From Narcine bancroftii (lineage: Eukaryota), in the NCBI RefSeq assembly GCF_036971445.1, contig NC_091478.1:35030001-35094000 (forward strand): a stretch of 64,000 nucleotides of DNA. Reading direction: 5' to 3'. The translations under genes were made by a program, and so were the position numbers. Numbering within the stretch: position 1 is the first letter of the stretch; the number at the start of each line of letters is the position of its first letter. Below, one piece after another: positions 40,690-53,948 of this stretch. The notes beneath the pieces were generated by a model. The model was not told the origin of the DNA and ran no database searches. It worked only from the letters and a program-made list of their open reading frames with translations.

Positions 40690-41327
40690 CAGTGGCATCA
40701 CTTGGGTTGGTGTCACCCAGTGCAGTTACCACCCTGGACTTCCTCCTGTACAAGATCATACCCAATCCTTAGTCATGTTTTTTGAACCGATGTTACTCAG
40801 GAAATCGTCGTTCCCATGCATCACTGAATGTAATGGCAATAGTAGTGAGATAAACAACTAGCAAAATTAAAATTACATCTTTAAATTACAATATCTTATG
40901 CACAACCTAAATTTATTTCAAATACTAATGATCACAATATTGTAGCTAAAACACCAGAAATTTTGACAAAAGTAGCGACTATAAGAATACCAGCAACAAC
41001 GAAAACAACAGCGCATGCTTGTAGCGTGTGCAGACAAAACCATGTGATTTAAAGCGTCATTGTAATTGGGTAATAATAACAGCTCTGACCAGAGTGCATT
41101 AAAAGGTTTAAAAAGCAAATTAACATCGAGTTTTCGTCTTGTAGGTATATTGATACATGTAAGCTGGGCTAACGAAAAATGTTTTTGTTAGTTCTACAGG
41201 GATATTTTTATAAAAATAAGAAATTTTTGCTGAAACACTGCACAAAAATTTTATAGACATTCACTTTGGTGTCACCCCCTCCGATGGTGTCACCTGATGC
41301 GGTCCACACCCCCTAGTGACGCCAGTA
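40690..41327. mobile_element. Non-autonomous hAT element
   Basis: Imperfect TIRs CAGTGGCATCACT / AGTGACGCCAGTA, subterminal GGTGTCACC repeats, 8-bp TSD AACTGCAC/AAATGCAC. Confidence 0.75.
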
Positions 41328-41419
41328 AAATGCACCATTAAAATTATAAATTTAGACCTACAACAGAGCAACATGCCCTAACAGCCCACAAGCTTGTGAT
41401 GTCCAATTAACCTACACAG

Positions 41420-41897
41420 CTGCAGAGCACAAAGCTATATCCAGCGGATGGACAACATGCTTCAGGCATATAAAATCATGAAGTGCACCATGTCGATGAA
41501 AATTCATTTTCTGCATTATTCGCACTTGGACATCTGCCCTGCTAATCTTGGTGCAGTCACTGACAAACATGGTGAAGGGTTTCTCCAGGACATTGTGATC
41601 ATGGAAAAGAAGCATCATGGCAACTAGAATCCATCAATGCTGGCTGACTATCGTTGGACACTGACATGAGAGGCATCTGATGCAGAGTGCAAACTAAAAT
41701 CAATGGTAAAACATTTTTAAGTCAGTTGAACTAACACAATGTGTCAGCATCATTATGCAAAATGTTTCTCCAAATTACTATGCGATACAAAGATAATTTC
41801 AGATTTGCTGTATCAGTTTGAAGTTGTCTATCATAATCCCTATTTTTTTCCCCCAGGAAGAAAACCCTTTGTGGGAGAAAAAAATTGTTGTCCAGTG
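41420..41897 (+). mobile_element. Chapaev3-like (CMC) transposase C-terminal relic with right TIR
   Basis: Translates MSMKIHFLHYSHLDICPANLGAVTDKHGEGFLQDIVIMEKKHHGN*NPSMLADYRWTL; ends TTGTTGTCCAGTG followed by TAA. Confidence 0.68.
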
Positions 41898-42259
41898 TAA
41901 TTTACAAAATTGCTTCAATTAAGGTTGAGAATCAATTTAGATATTAGAGAATTACACACACAAAAAAGAATCTACATGGCAGCTTTAAACAGAAGTGTCA
42001 CCGTGAGTTCAATAGTTGAGCCACAGTGATATCTTGGGGTAGATGACCAAGAGATGTGTCGAGGAGGCTGTATTGACATTTCTCCAGAGGGGAAATGAAA
42101 GTGGAGCAGTTTAGGGAGGCCTTCTATAGATTGGGGTTTTGGAACCTGAAACTTAACAATGAAAAAGGAAGGATATGGGGATCATTGGATGGCCTGAATT
42201 CAAAGAGCATGGAGATTTCTTGGGTGGGGGAATCCCAAGTCAGAAACAAACTAACCAGC

Positions 42260-43790
42260 TGTACACTTCACAATGTTACGTACATGTGCTGTATAATGCT
42301 CTCCCATGCAATCAGGAAGGCAAAGTGTGAGTATGCACAGTGAAGCAACAGACAACTGTGTGACACCAGCAACGTGAGGCGTATGTGACGGGGTATACAA
42401 ATCATAACTGACTACAAGTCGGTGACGATGATTACCTATGTTGTCAGGTTGAATACCTTCTATGCTTGATTTGATGAGGAAAAACAATGTGACCCCCCCC
42501 CCAAAAAAAAAATAGCCTCTCCTTCCCCTGAAGGAGATCTGCATAGCACCCCGCATAGCAGCTGAAGTTAGAAGGATCCTATCTAGGATGAGAGCCCGCG
42601 CAAAGCAGCTAAACCAGACAGCCTCCCTGGTAAGGTACTGAAGGTCCTAACTGACATCTTTAACATTTCAATGCAGCAGTCCATTGTCCCTGCAGGATTC
42701 AAGGCAGCCATCATCATCCTGGTGTCTCAGAGAGCATCATTAACTGGTCTAAACAACTACTGGCCAGTGGTACTGAGCTCTGCAATCATGAAGTGCTTTG
42801 AGTGAGTGGTAATGGATCGCTTCAAATCATTACCTTCCAGCGACAGTGGACCTTTTCCAGTTTGCATACTGTCCAAACCGGTCCATAGCTGATGCTAAAA
42901 TAAGAACATAATGTTGGAGAAACTCCTCAGGTCAAAAAGTGCCCTTGATGAAGGGCTCAAGCCCAAAATGTCATATCTTGATGAAGGGTCCAGCTTGAAT
43001 GGTCAGTTATGTAATTTTATCTTGCTACATAAAGGACTCTGTTTGACCTGAGTTTCTCCAGCATTTTGTTTTACTTCAACTCTGGTGTCTGCAGACTTTC
43101 GTGTTTTACTTCCCATAGATGATGTATTGACCTTCCATTCCATCCTGACCTATCTAGAAAATGGTGCCTCATGCTGTCGTTCATTGACTTCTGCTCAGCA
43201 TTCAACACAGTCTTCGCTTTGGCCCACTGTCCCTCTCGGCAACTGGATTCCTTGACAAAAGACCATAGTCAGTCCGGGTTGGTAGCGGAACCTCAAGTCC
43301 CATCACCTCAGTGGCCTTCTACCATTCATGTCGCTGACTCACAACTGAGCTGCCAGATTATGTTCTAACAGAATCAGCAAGTTTGTAGATGATAGCAGTT
43401 GGCCTCCTCGGCAACAGTGATGAGTCTGCTTACAGAGAGGTTGACTGGTTTGTAAAATGGTGCAAGATCAATGACCTGTCTCAATGTTGACAAGGCAAAG
43501 GAGATGATTGTGGACTTCAGGAGGATGAAGGTCAATCACTCTCCATTACATATACTTAGTTCTGTTGTGGCCATAGTGGAGAGCACAAAGTTCCTTGATG
43601 GACCTATGTCCTGCACCCACGCCACCCCATTAGTCAGAAAGGCACAACAGCACCGACACTTACAAAGGAGGTTGAGGGGAGTAAGGCTACTGACCCCCTC
43701 TTGACAGCCTTTTACAGGAGCATAATTGAACATGTCTAGCTGCATCTTTGTGTAGTTTGGTGGCTGCAAAGCATCAAGCAGGGAGTGGAT
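42260..43790 (+). mobile_element. Degenerate Rex1/Babar-type LINE RT region
   Basis: FIDFCSAFNT and LNVDKAKEMIVDFRR motifs with frameshifts. Related pieces at about 1420-2040, 7680-7980, 8360-8800, 22440-22790, 45330-45870. Confidence 0.8.
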
Positions 43791-43799
43791 ATGTTCTTT

Positions 43800-44185
43800 G
43801 GAAAGGAAAATCACAATCAAAACTGCTCTGCTAAAGAACATCCCTATCCTACCCCCTGGAATCAATGAATGTATCATGGAGTTCATTTCCCTCTTAAGTC
43901 CCAGCATATCACCATTGCCAGTGTCTGCTTCAACTGTCATGAGTTCAGACAAAGACGAGGAAAGTTTCTTTGAGCACCTGGCCTAGACTATTCAGAAACC
44001 AGCGACAAACTTGTCATCTTGGGAGACTTCAATGCGGGTGGGGATAGATAGCGACAACTGGGAGACATGGAGTGGGAAAATCAACAGTAATGGCCTGCTG
44101 GCTTTTGAGTAAGTGTGCTGAACACGACCCGTGCATCATTAACACGATGTTCAGACTTGCAAACAAGTACAAAACCACTTGGATA
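43800..44185 (+). mobile_element. Old RTE-type APE endonuclease fragment
   Basis: LVILGDFNA, GVGKINSNG and KYKTTW motifs across frameshifts. Confidence 0.65.
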
Positions 44186-44491
44186 ATAAACTTCAAATAG
44201 TTAACTTAAAAATAGTTTGGGCTTTTTAACTGGGGGCACTTCTTTTCTGTGTACTCTAAGTTAATGCAGGTATTTAAGAATCAAAGCTAGCCACATGTGG
44301 TCTACAAACGCAACGAGTGGGTTCCCTTTTATTGAAATGGGACCTCCGTATTTTCAACATTGCAGTCACGACTAAGGAGAAAGTTGTTGATTCATCCTGA
44401 GAAGTAACAAGGTGGTAAATAAATTTTTGCATATAGGTAGAGCAAGTACAAATTGTATTGATCATTATTTGCTTAATTTTCTTTTGCACAG

Positions 44492-44569
44492 GAATCAAAG
44501 AAAAGACGCAATGAAACATTGATCAAGATATTGCTGAACGCTAAAGTGGATGTAAATGCAACAGACCAT
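44492..44569 (+). CDS. ANKRD22: ANKRD22 coding exon 4 (ESKKRRNETLIKILLNAKVDVNATDH)
   Basis: Acceptor ttttgcacAG, 78 nt, donor GTAAGG. Second half of an ankyrin repeat (LL..K.DVNATD). Confidence 0.94.
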
Positions 44570-45887
44570 GTAAGGAATAGTTCATTTTGGCATATTATGT
44601 TCATTTGAATTGGTTTCACCCAATTCCATCGCGCTGGCTCTTGGACAATCATCTAGTCCTTTCATTGGGTCTTTAGTTCCAATTTATTTTTTAAATGTAA
44701 GTAGGCTTGTACCTTGATGCCTTGCAGAAGGGGAAAAAGGAATGATTCGAACTGATCTGAAGCCCATTTGAGAAAATCTTGGAAGAAATGTTAATTCTGA
44801 GAAACAATTTTCTTCGAAATGTAGCTTCCACTCTGTCGGCAAAATTGGGACTGTTCTCTCTTTTGAAATTGTTCTCCCCAGCACCAAGGTCACTGGCTTT
44901 TCCCCTTCCTCCAGTCCCTCTGGCATTTAACTTTTTTCTTGCCTCCAGGCATTGCTTTCTTTTTGCTCTCCTAAATTGTACTTCTGCTGTAGTTCCTTCA
45001 ATTTGCAAAAACCCTCATCTCTGATTCCCATATTGCAACTGGTTATTATTGAAATGGGGCCTCCCTATTTCCAATGTTATTGCTTGGTGGTCAGGACAAA
45101 GCAGAAAGCTGCTTTTTCATTCTGAGTTGTAACAAAGTGGTAATAAAGATTTGGGTCTTGTTTGCAGATGCAGTAAGTACAAATTACCACATATCTTCCT
45201 TGTTCAGTGGCCTCAGTTACTGGTTCTTCCTGTGGTGTTTCCCAACACTTCTGTGCATTTGATTTTTTTTGTTCTAAAGGGTTAATTTCTAAAGTGTGAC
45301 CTATCATAAACACACATCTCCTCACTTGTCAGATAGACTGCATCTCCTGAGAAAACTGAAGAGGGCAAGGCTACCAGCCACTTTCACATCAATCTTCTCC
45401 AGGAACTCTATCACTGCAGAGAATTGATTTGGAGGTCAATCCACACGACCAAAAGAGTAGTAGAGGGGATCAATGGGGGTTCCCTCCCCCCCCCCCCCCA
45501 CCCCAATCGATGTGATCAACCAGAATTATTGTCTGAAGACAGCGTGAAAAGACCCTTATCACCCCACACACAGCATCTTTCAACTACTCTCATCAGGAGT
45601 ATCACCAGCAGGAATAGCTTCTTCCCAAAGGCAGTCAGAGTGCTGAATAGCTAAAGAACTGCTCACACTAACCATCTGAAGCACTAATCTTACTAAACAA
45701 TATTTATTTTTATACATGTATATTTGTCCTGCGTATGCATTGTTTGTCTGTATGTGGTTTATGTCTGGTTGTGTGCCTGCAAATTTTGCACCAAGGACCA
45801 GAGAATGCGGTTTCGTAGGGTTGTACTTGTGCAGTTGGATAATTTTAAAAGTGTGGAATTGAACTTGAACTTCATTCCAAAATTTGT

Positions 45888-46054
45888 NNNNNNNNNNNNN
45901 NNNNNNNNNNNNNNNNNNNNNNNNNNNNNNNNNNNNNNNNNNNNNNNNNNNNNNNNNNNNNNNNNNNNNNNNNNNNNNNNNNNNNNNNNNNNNNNNNNNN
46001 NNNNNNNNNNNNNNNNNNNNNNNNNNNNNNNNNNNNNNNNNNNNNNNNNNNNNN
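45888..46054. other. Assembly gap (167 N)
   Basis: Run of N ending 22 nt before ANKRD22 exon 5. Confidence 0.99.
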
Positions 46055-46076
46055 TTAGCTCTCAATCTCATTACAG

Positions 46077-46175
46077 CAAGGTAACTCAGCTCTTCATTAT
46101 GCTTGCCAAATGAAAAATCAACGGATTGTTTCCATTCTCATTAAAGCAAATGCAGATGCATCCATTGCCAATAAG
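46077..46175 (+). CDS. ANKRD22: ANKRD22 coding exon 5 (QGNSALHYACQMKNQRIVSILIKANADASIANK)
   Basis: Acceptor ttacAG, 99 nt = one 33-aa ankyrin repeat, donor GTAAGT. Confidence 0.95.
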
Positions 46176-46559
46176 GTAAGTATTTTATACATTCCATGCT
46201 GCACCATTGAATTCTAATATTAGATCACAAGTTTAATTGTTGTGTATATTTTAACGGAGGATGCAGAGTTGGGAAACCTCTTACTCTTTCTTCCCCACCC
46301 CACCTTCTCTACACTATCTTGCCCAATATGAAGATCCATTTAATTAAATTTGGGGGTAAAAACCTAGAAAATTTCATTCAGATACATTGTGCTTAGAATT
46401 GAACTTGGCCAACTAGGGCACCAATATCAATCAAAGCCAATTTTTTACCCCATATTAGATGCCATAGGAGCTTCTGAAATAATTGATAAACCCAAAAGTC
46501 ATTGATGTGCAATTTTAGAACATTATAGGAAGACTGGGTCTTTGGCCACCTCATCCATG

Positions 46560-48830
46560 CCAAGTAATTTTCCTAGAACATTATGGCACTGAAACAGGCC
46601 TCTTTGGTCCTTCTAGTCTGTGCCAAATCATTTATTTCTGCTTAGTCCCACTGATCTGCACCCAGTCCATTAGCCTTCCAAACCTCTCCCATCCATGGAC
46701 TTGTCCAAATGCCTCTTAAATGTTAAAATTGAGCCTGCATTCACCACTTCAGCTGGAAGCTCATTCCCCACCCCCACCACACTCTGTAAAGAAAGTATCC
46801 CCTCACAATCCCCTAAACCTTTCCCCTTTCACTCTTAAACCATGTCCTTTGGTTTGTATCTCACCTATCCTCAGTGGGAAGCCTATCTACACTTTCTGTC
46901 TATCCCCCTCATAATTTTAAAGACCTCAATCAAATCTCCCCTCATTCTGCTATGTTTCAGGCTATAAAATTCTAATCAGTTTAACCTGTCCCTGTAAATC
47001 AGTCCCTGATGTCCAGGCAACACCCTGGTAAATAAACTCTGCACTCTTTCTTGTATCTTTCCTGTAGTGAAGTGACCAAAACTGCACATAATACTCCAAA
47101 TGTGGCCTCACCAATGTCTTGTACAATTTTAACATAACATCCCAATTCCTGTAATCAATACTTTATGATTCAATCCATAGCTATTCAAGTAATTGAATAT
47201 CCATTCTCTTAGAACACCTTCCAATAATTTACCTACTACTGACGTCAAGGTCACCGGCCTATAATTCCTAGGGTTACTTTTGAAGGCTTTTTTAAACAAC
47301 AGAACAACGTGAGCTACCTTCCCATCCTCTGGCACCACATCTGTAGCTAAGGACATTTTAAATATTTCTGCCAGAGCTCCTGCAATTTTTACACTAACCT
47401 CCCTCAAAGCCCGAGGTAATATCTTGTCAGGTTCTGAGGATTTATCCACCTTTATTTGCTTTAAGCCAACAGGCACTTCCTCCTCTTTAACCTGTATTGG
47501 TTCCATAAGCTCTCTGCTTATTTTCCTTACTTTCCACAACTCTGTGCCCTTTTCCAGAGTGAATACTGATGGGGGGGGGGGGGGGAGGCATTTAAGACCT
47601 CTCATATCTCTTTGTCTCCATACAAAGCTGACCACTCTGACCTTCAAGGGGATCTATTTTGTCCCTTTTGCTCTTAATATACCTGTAGAAACCCTTAGGA
47701 TTTTCCTCCACATTGTCTGCCAAAGCAACCTCATGCCTTCCTGATTCTTTTGAGGTTTTTCTTGCATTTTTTTGTACTCCTCAAGTACCTCATTTGCTCC
47801 ATGTTGCCTATACTGTTATACACCTTGCAAAACAGTTCCCCAATATTCCTTGAAAACCGAGGTTCCCTATGCCTTCTAATTATTCCTTTGATCCTGACCA
47901 GAACGTACAAACTCTGTACTCTCAATCTTTCACCTTTGAACGTCCTCTACTTACCCCACACAGAAATAATTTATCCAGATCCACGCATTCTAGATCCTTT
48001 CTCATTTCTTCAAAATTGGCCTTTCTCCAATTTAGAATCACACCCAATGCCCAGACCTAGCCTTTCTCCATAAATAGCTGGCATTATGATCACAGGACCC
48101 AAAATGTTCCCCAACACATACTTCTGTCACCTCACCTGTCTCATTCCCTTGTCTTTAGCCACGTGTTAAGCTGCACTATCCTCCTATTTCTAACCTCACT
48201 AGCATGTAGCACAGATGGCAATCCTGAGATCACAACCCAGGAGGTCCTGTCCTTCAACTAGGTGCTCAACCCCCCCTGAAATCACCTTGCAGGACCTCTT
48301 CACCCTTCCTACCCACGTCATTACTCCCCACATGGACCACAACATCTGACTGCTCACCCTTCCTCCTGAGAATGCCATGAACTCTATCTGAGATACCTCG
48401 GACCCTGGCACCAGGGAGGCCACATACTATTCGCGATACCCGATCTCTCTTCCACTGTACCTCTTATCTGTCCCCAAAACTACAGCTCACCTCTTCTCCT
48501 CCCTCCCCTTCTTAGCCACAGGACCAGAATTTGTGCTAGAGAACTGATCTGTGGTTTGTCCCTGGTAGGTTTCCCCCACCAACAGTATCCAAAATGGTAT
48601 ACTTGTTACTGAGGGGGGCAGCCACATGGGGTGCCCTGCACTGCCTGCCTGTTCACTTTCCCTCTCCTGTCACCCATCTACCCTCCTCCTGCTCTCCTAT
48701 CACCCTCTCTGCCTCCCGAATGATTTGGAGTTCTTCCAACTCCACCTCCAATTCCTTAACTTGGATGGTCAGGAGGCAGCAGCTGGATTCTCTTCTCGCT
48801 GATGAAGTTGTCAGGGATACTGACAACCCA
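46560..48830 (-). mobile_element. Degenerate CR1 LINE
   Basis: ORF 47129-47647 with DKSSEPD..LFKK..NPRNYRPVTLTSVVGKLLE (CR1 RT N-terminus). Other CR1 3' pieces at about 1215-1420, 2050-2280, 2700-2960, 9090-9710, 30650-30970. Confidence 0.85.
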
Positions 48831-49962
48831 CATTAGGAAAATTGTTGAGAGGTAAATCCTTGTTTATGTACCTGTTAATAAAATAGACACAGCATATAGT
48901 GTGGTATATAAATTCTGTGGTCATGTTTCTGGTGTTTAAGGCTTGCAAGGGAAATTGGACACATTTTGCATATGTAAATATCCTACTACCAATTTTGAAA
49001 TATTTCACCAAGTTCTCTGCATTGAGGGTAGATGTCTCTTTTGGCATAACCATGGCTACCTTCAGCTCCCTGGATTCTTTTGAGGTAAATGTTGCGTGTG
49101 TGTGGAGAGAGGAACTTCTTAATATGAAAGCAGAAAGGCCCTTCCTAGGTTGTTGACTGGCAATTCTGTGGATTGTCACAAGTCATTTACCAGCCAGCAC
49201 CTGAATGTTACCCTTGCATCATTGTCTGCTGAGCTGCCGATCGAATTGAACATACTCATTTTGGTGTGTCCCTTCACTTAACTGGGGAAACAACACTTTT
49301 TTTGAACTCCAAGTTATTGTGTATTGTGTTAACATAATTTATACTCATGGTGTATTAATGTACCTCTGAAGCTGCAGCAAACTAGAAGTTTGCAACTCTA
49401 TGTTGTACTTGTGTATGTGACAAGCTCTTATCAGTTTTGACCTTTTTCTAACTGAAGGTTATAGAAACATCTGAGGATTGTTAGCCTCCACTCTCAGGAA
49501 GTGTTCAATGAACTTTAATCTCCAATAAACTATCCTGTTGAGGAAGAACTTTCTCTACCAGGGCTGCTAAAACGTTTTCAAACATGATCTTTTGGATGAA
49601 CTCAGTGGGTAAGACAGCATCAGTGCATGCAAAAGAATGGTTGAGGAGTCTTGGCTTCAAAATGGCGACCATACTTTTTCTCCCACTGATGCTGCTTGAC
49701 CTGCCAAGGTTCTCTAGCAGTTTGTACTTGGGTTTTGATACCTGCCTTTGCAGTGTCCTGTGTAAAGCTAAAATTGAAACACTTAAATAGAGTCCTCAGA
49801 ATACTAAGTATAAATCAAGTACGTTTTCATTGGGTCTTTTAATTCAAGCACTGTGAATCATTACACTGCCCTTTTTGGAATAAGTGTCATGAATTATCTG
49901 TAGAGTTGCTTACTGGTTCATTAAGTAAACTGTTGGAAATATTGATTGGATTTCTTTTCTAG

Positions 49963-50040
49963 AATGGAGAAACTCCTCTGGATATTGCTACAAAATTGAA
50001 GTTTCCAAAAATTGTGGCTGAGCTGCGGAAAGAATCCTAG
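49963..50040 (+). CDS. ANKRD22: ANKRD22 last coding exon (NGETPLDIATKLKFPKIVAELRKES*)
   Basis: Acceptor tttcttttctAG, 78 nt ending TAG. Resembles human GESSLDIARRLKF; spliced total is 189 aa. Confidence 0.95.
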   Translation, partial: NGETPLDIATKLKFPKIVAELRKES

Positions 50041-50431
50041 AGGTTTTTGAAATCTGTTTGTACGCAGCAGATGAATAACTCTTTTTTACATCTTTACATA
50101 AGTGGAGATTCTGACTTTACATGCAATTGAATTTGATGCAGTGTTAACTGACACCACGTGGAGCCAAGTGATTATGTATTCTTTTCCCACTCCAGAGATT
50201 TGAACACAAACTAGACATATTTTGGAGCAATCCTGAAGGACTATTACTAACTTTTAGATAAGACACTAAACCTATCCTCTTGGGTGGACAAAGATACAAG
50301 GGAACCATTTTAAAAATGAGGATTTCCATGGAGCAGTAATAGTTTTTTTTAAACAACTTCATAGCAATTTCTTTCTTCACTTCATTGCTGTTTAATTGAG
50401 CAACGATGTGGCTGCAAAATATTTTAAAAAA

Positions 50432-50670
50432 AATAAAAGCATTCATAATGAGTCCTGGGATAGTTTAGGTGCCACACCAGTGAAACATCTTTCAGGGTGC
50501 CTCTTGGTTTATTCAGTTGAAAAATTATGGCTGATATCTAAAGCTGAACCATCTCAATCATGTGGCACCAATAACTAAATTTGTCAAACCTGTCAGTTAC
50601 TTATGAATGCTTTCACCTTAGAAGTGAAAATATAAGGGGAACTGGCCAGCTTTAATTTCATTGCAATAAA
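50432..50670 (+). terminator. Candidate ANKRD22 polyadenylation signals
   Basis: AATAAA at 50432-50437 and 50665-50670 downstream of the stop; usage unknown. Confidence 0.4.
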
Positions 50671-51662
50671 TTCTTGTTATATCAAGACTAAATGATCAAA
50701 AATTTATTATCCTGTCATTTTCAAAAAACTATTTCATGTCTATTTCTAACATTGAAAGACCTTTCCATTTGTAGAGTGTTAACTATACTTCTGTCAGTGT
50801 GAAACTTTGTTTCTAGTGTGTCCAAACTGTGTGGAGCAATTGCAATGTTAGGAAATTTGAGTCTTTCTTTTGCATTACTAGAGTTAAATTCTAATTTATA
50901 ATGCTACTTGAGAACCTGTTCGAGAAGGTGCACATGGCATCATGAAAAGTTGTAAATTCATTTGTGGGGTTGACTGGGATGCTGCGCAGAAATTTAACTT
51001 TCTGGCTTTGAGAAAAAATGACGGCAAGAATTAGCAAAGGGCTGTTTGGCAACTATATACTGAATTACTGGTCATCACTCATCTTTTACCTTTCACCACT
51101 TTCCTAACCCCATAATCCTTTGATTAGCATACCATCCACAATCATTTGTCAGAAGTATACTGAAACTCTTCAGCTCTTTTGACGAGTGAACTCCTAAAGG
51201 TTTTGTCCCCTGCGTGTCAGATTGCAATTTCCAGAAACAAGGCATCATCATCCCTGCATCTGTCTGGTGAAGCCCTGTCAGAAATAATTATTATAATCTC
51301 AAGTGCCTCAATTTTAGAATGTAGAAGAGAATATAAATCCAGTCTGCTGAATCTATATGCTTTCTACCATCGCAGAGTCAATCAGGTGATCTTTGGTAAC
51401 TGTACAGCACTCACAAGTCTGTCCTCCTTTATCCTGGGGATCCAGACCTATACATTATGTGTAAAGGTTGTCTCACCAAAGGCACATATAAATGATCTCT
51501 ACGCTTGAAACCAAATCCTTTATTGCAAAGGCAAGTAGACCATTTGCCTCCTTAATTCACATATGCACAACTTGTGTACAAAGATACCATGTTTCTCAAC
51601 TTTAGGAAAAAAAAAGCATGAAATATTTAAAAATAAATTACCTCATTTTGCTGCAGTGTTGT

Positions 51663-51925
51663 TAAGGCAGGACTGTTGGAATAGCAGTTAGCGCAATACC
51701 TTTACTGCTCCAGTGATTGGGACTGGGGTTCAAATCCCGCTGTCTGTAAGGAGTTTGTATTTCCTTCCCATGTCTGCATGGGTTTCCCCCGGGGGGCTCT
51801 GATTTCCTCCATTGTTCAAAACTTACCAGAGGATGTAGGTTAATTGGGTGTAAACATTGGCAGCACAGACTTGTGGGTTGAGATGGCCTGATACTGTGCT
51901 GGATGTCTAAATTTAAATTTTTAAT
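51663..51925 (+). mobile_element. tRNA-derived V-SINE
   Basis: A/B-box-like head (GGTTCAAATCCC), V-domain GAGTTTGTA..TCCC..TGTCTGC.TGGGTTTCC, AT-rich tail. Other copies at about 5530-5780(+), 8830-9020(+), 23597-23830(-), 38490-38730(-), 61620-61865(-). Confidence 0.8.
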
Positions 51926-53570
51926 TTGTTTGACCTATCACGATCTCCCTCAACCCTCCCTGCATCCTCTTTACAGCACTTGGCATTTGATCTTCTCTAG
52001 CCAAAATCAATGATTATAGATTGTGAACTGGGACCTTGAACAGTCCATTTTGTCAAGGTTTCTCAACTTTTTTTGTTCATTAATTTTCCATTCATGTTAT
52101 TGCAACACTCTCTAGTGTTTTCTAATTTAACAGTCTCATTTAGCACACTGTCTCCTGAATGCCCAGATACACAACTAAGTAGGTCATGGTGAATCAGTTG
52201 TAATGTACAACTTCAAACACCAACTGATTTTTAACAAGCATAGATTCTTAAATTTTATAAATAGAAAGCACATCAACTCCCAAATATTGCTCAATTTTTG
52301 TTCAAAGTGTAATACATTGTAACAGCAAGAAGACAGTGACAAGCCAAGTTGCATAAATGTTTCAAATGAGAAGCAGTCACTTTCAGAACGGTCAAAATTC
52401 AGATTTATTGTGTGGTCATTCATCTGCTTTTAACCACTTCATTCAACACCATAACAATTATACTCAAGGTATTGTGACTATTCAAAATTTACCTTTGCTT
52501 TGAACTTTGGCTGAGTGCCGACAGATACTCTAGCCCTGAATGTTCCAATGTAAATAAAATAAATTATACACAATTACAATGTCCTGGCAATTGGAGTTCA
52601 CAGTTAATCCACAAGCATTAAAAATTACAAAATTGTCACTGTAGCTGATTTTATAAAATAATGTCATTAGTGAACATTAAAAAAAAACACCACATTCCAG
52701 TCAGTTCACTTCACATATATATTAGTTTACATGGTTTTGTAAATATCGGTAAACCCAAATGAGGCTGTGTTCCCTGGATGTTGGATTATCAATCTGTAAA
52801 ATACTCTATTCCATTTTCCTGCAATGTGTTCACAGAAGCACAAACTCAGCATTGCTCATGGATTCACATCGCTATGAATTCAAATGGTGTCATTAAAAAT
52901 AGATTTAAAATTAGACTCAAATCAGCAACTGTACAATCCCACACACCTTTTACATTTAGGACATTAACTAAACCTGGGCTCAACCCCACTCAAGTGTTTG
53001 TGGAAATTCCAATATTTTAATTGAACAATATTAGTAAACTGATTTTTAAATTTTACCATTTACTGACTTTAAACGAGGTGTGGATTGTCCCATGCCACCA
53101 GTTGACATCAAACATGAAGACCAAATTCAATAATCGAAAATAAATTTAGCCAAATTTAAACTTGTGACACAAGTTTCAAAACGCAGAATTGGTTTTAAAA
53201 AAATTTAGTGAACACTGTTTCATCACTGTGCTATCTCAAAGGAAGAGAAACAATAATTATATCTGAAATTAAGGCCTCTCAGGAATTCAGTGCTTTGATT
53301 TGCACATCTGAAACGCTTAATGCCTCATGGCAGACGTACCATTATGAGCCCTGCTTTGATTCAGAGAGCTATTCAGTCTGGACCAGAAAAGAACATTTAC
53401 CAGAATGTGGTGTTTTTAAAGAATATTTACCAGGAGAAAACTTTTTTTTTTTAAAAAAGGGCTATATTTAACACAATTAGTCTAAAGTCTCAGTAGAACA
53501 GCTTGGCTGCATAAAAATAAAAACTTTTAAAAATTCATTTTGTCAGTTTCTACAACTAATAGTAAAGATT

Positions 53571-53576
53571 TTTATT
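53571..53576 (-). terminator. Candidate lipase polyadenylation signal
   Basis: AATAAA on minus about 370 nt after the stop; weaker ATTAAA at 53792-53797. Confidence 0.45.
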
Positions 53577-53712
53577 CCCTCTGGGATCATTTCCAGATAA
53601 CATTATCTGCCAGTGATGAATCACATCATAGCCTAATATTATCCCCATGACCATCAGGTTACCTGGACATAGGATTGGACACACATTCACCTCTTGCTTA
53701 AACACAGCCACA

Positions 53713-53756
53713 GTCTCTTTGGCTTGGCTTCGCGGACGAAGATTTATGGAGGGGGT
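53713..53756 (-). mobile_element. 44-bp RTE 3'-end insertion downstream of the lipase stop
   Basis: RTE terminal motif flanked by 11-bp TSD ACACAGCCACA (53702-53712, 53757-53767). Confidence 0.92.
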
Positions 53757-53948
53757 ACACAGCCACAATTTGGGCATTAAATTACCAAAGCTTTAATTAA
53801 AAATCTAGTATAGTCTCTTTTAAAAAAAAAAAATTATCGAAGACCAATCAATAGTCCAAGTGTTGCAATTGGAATGTAAAAAAAATACACAAAACATCAA
53901 ATAGAGTGATTCCAGTTTTAAAGTGGTTTATCGCACACTGTTTTGCGT

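Noticed and set aside
44684-45024. Short minus-strand ORFs in intron 4
   Set aside because: No convincing exon boundaries; at most a decayed L1 ORF1-like remnant.
51663-51740. tRNA gene
   Set aside because: A/B-box-like head continues into a SINE body; no full cloverleaf.
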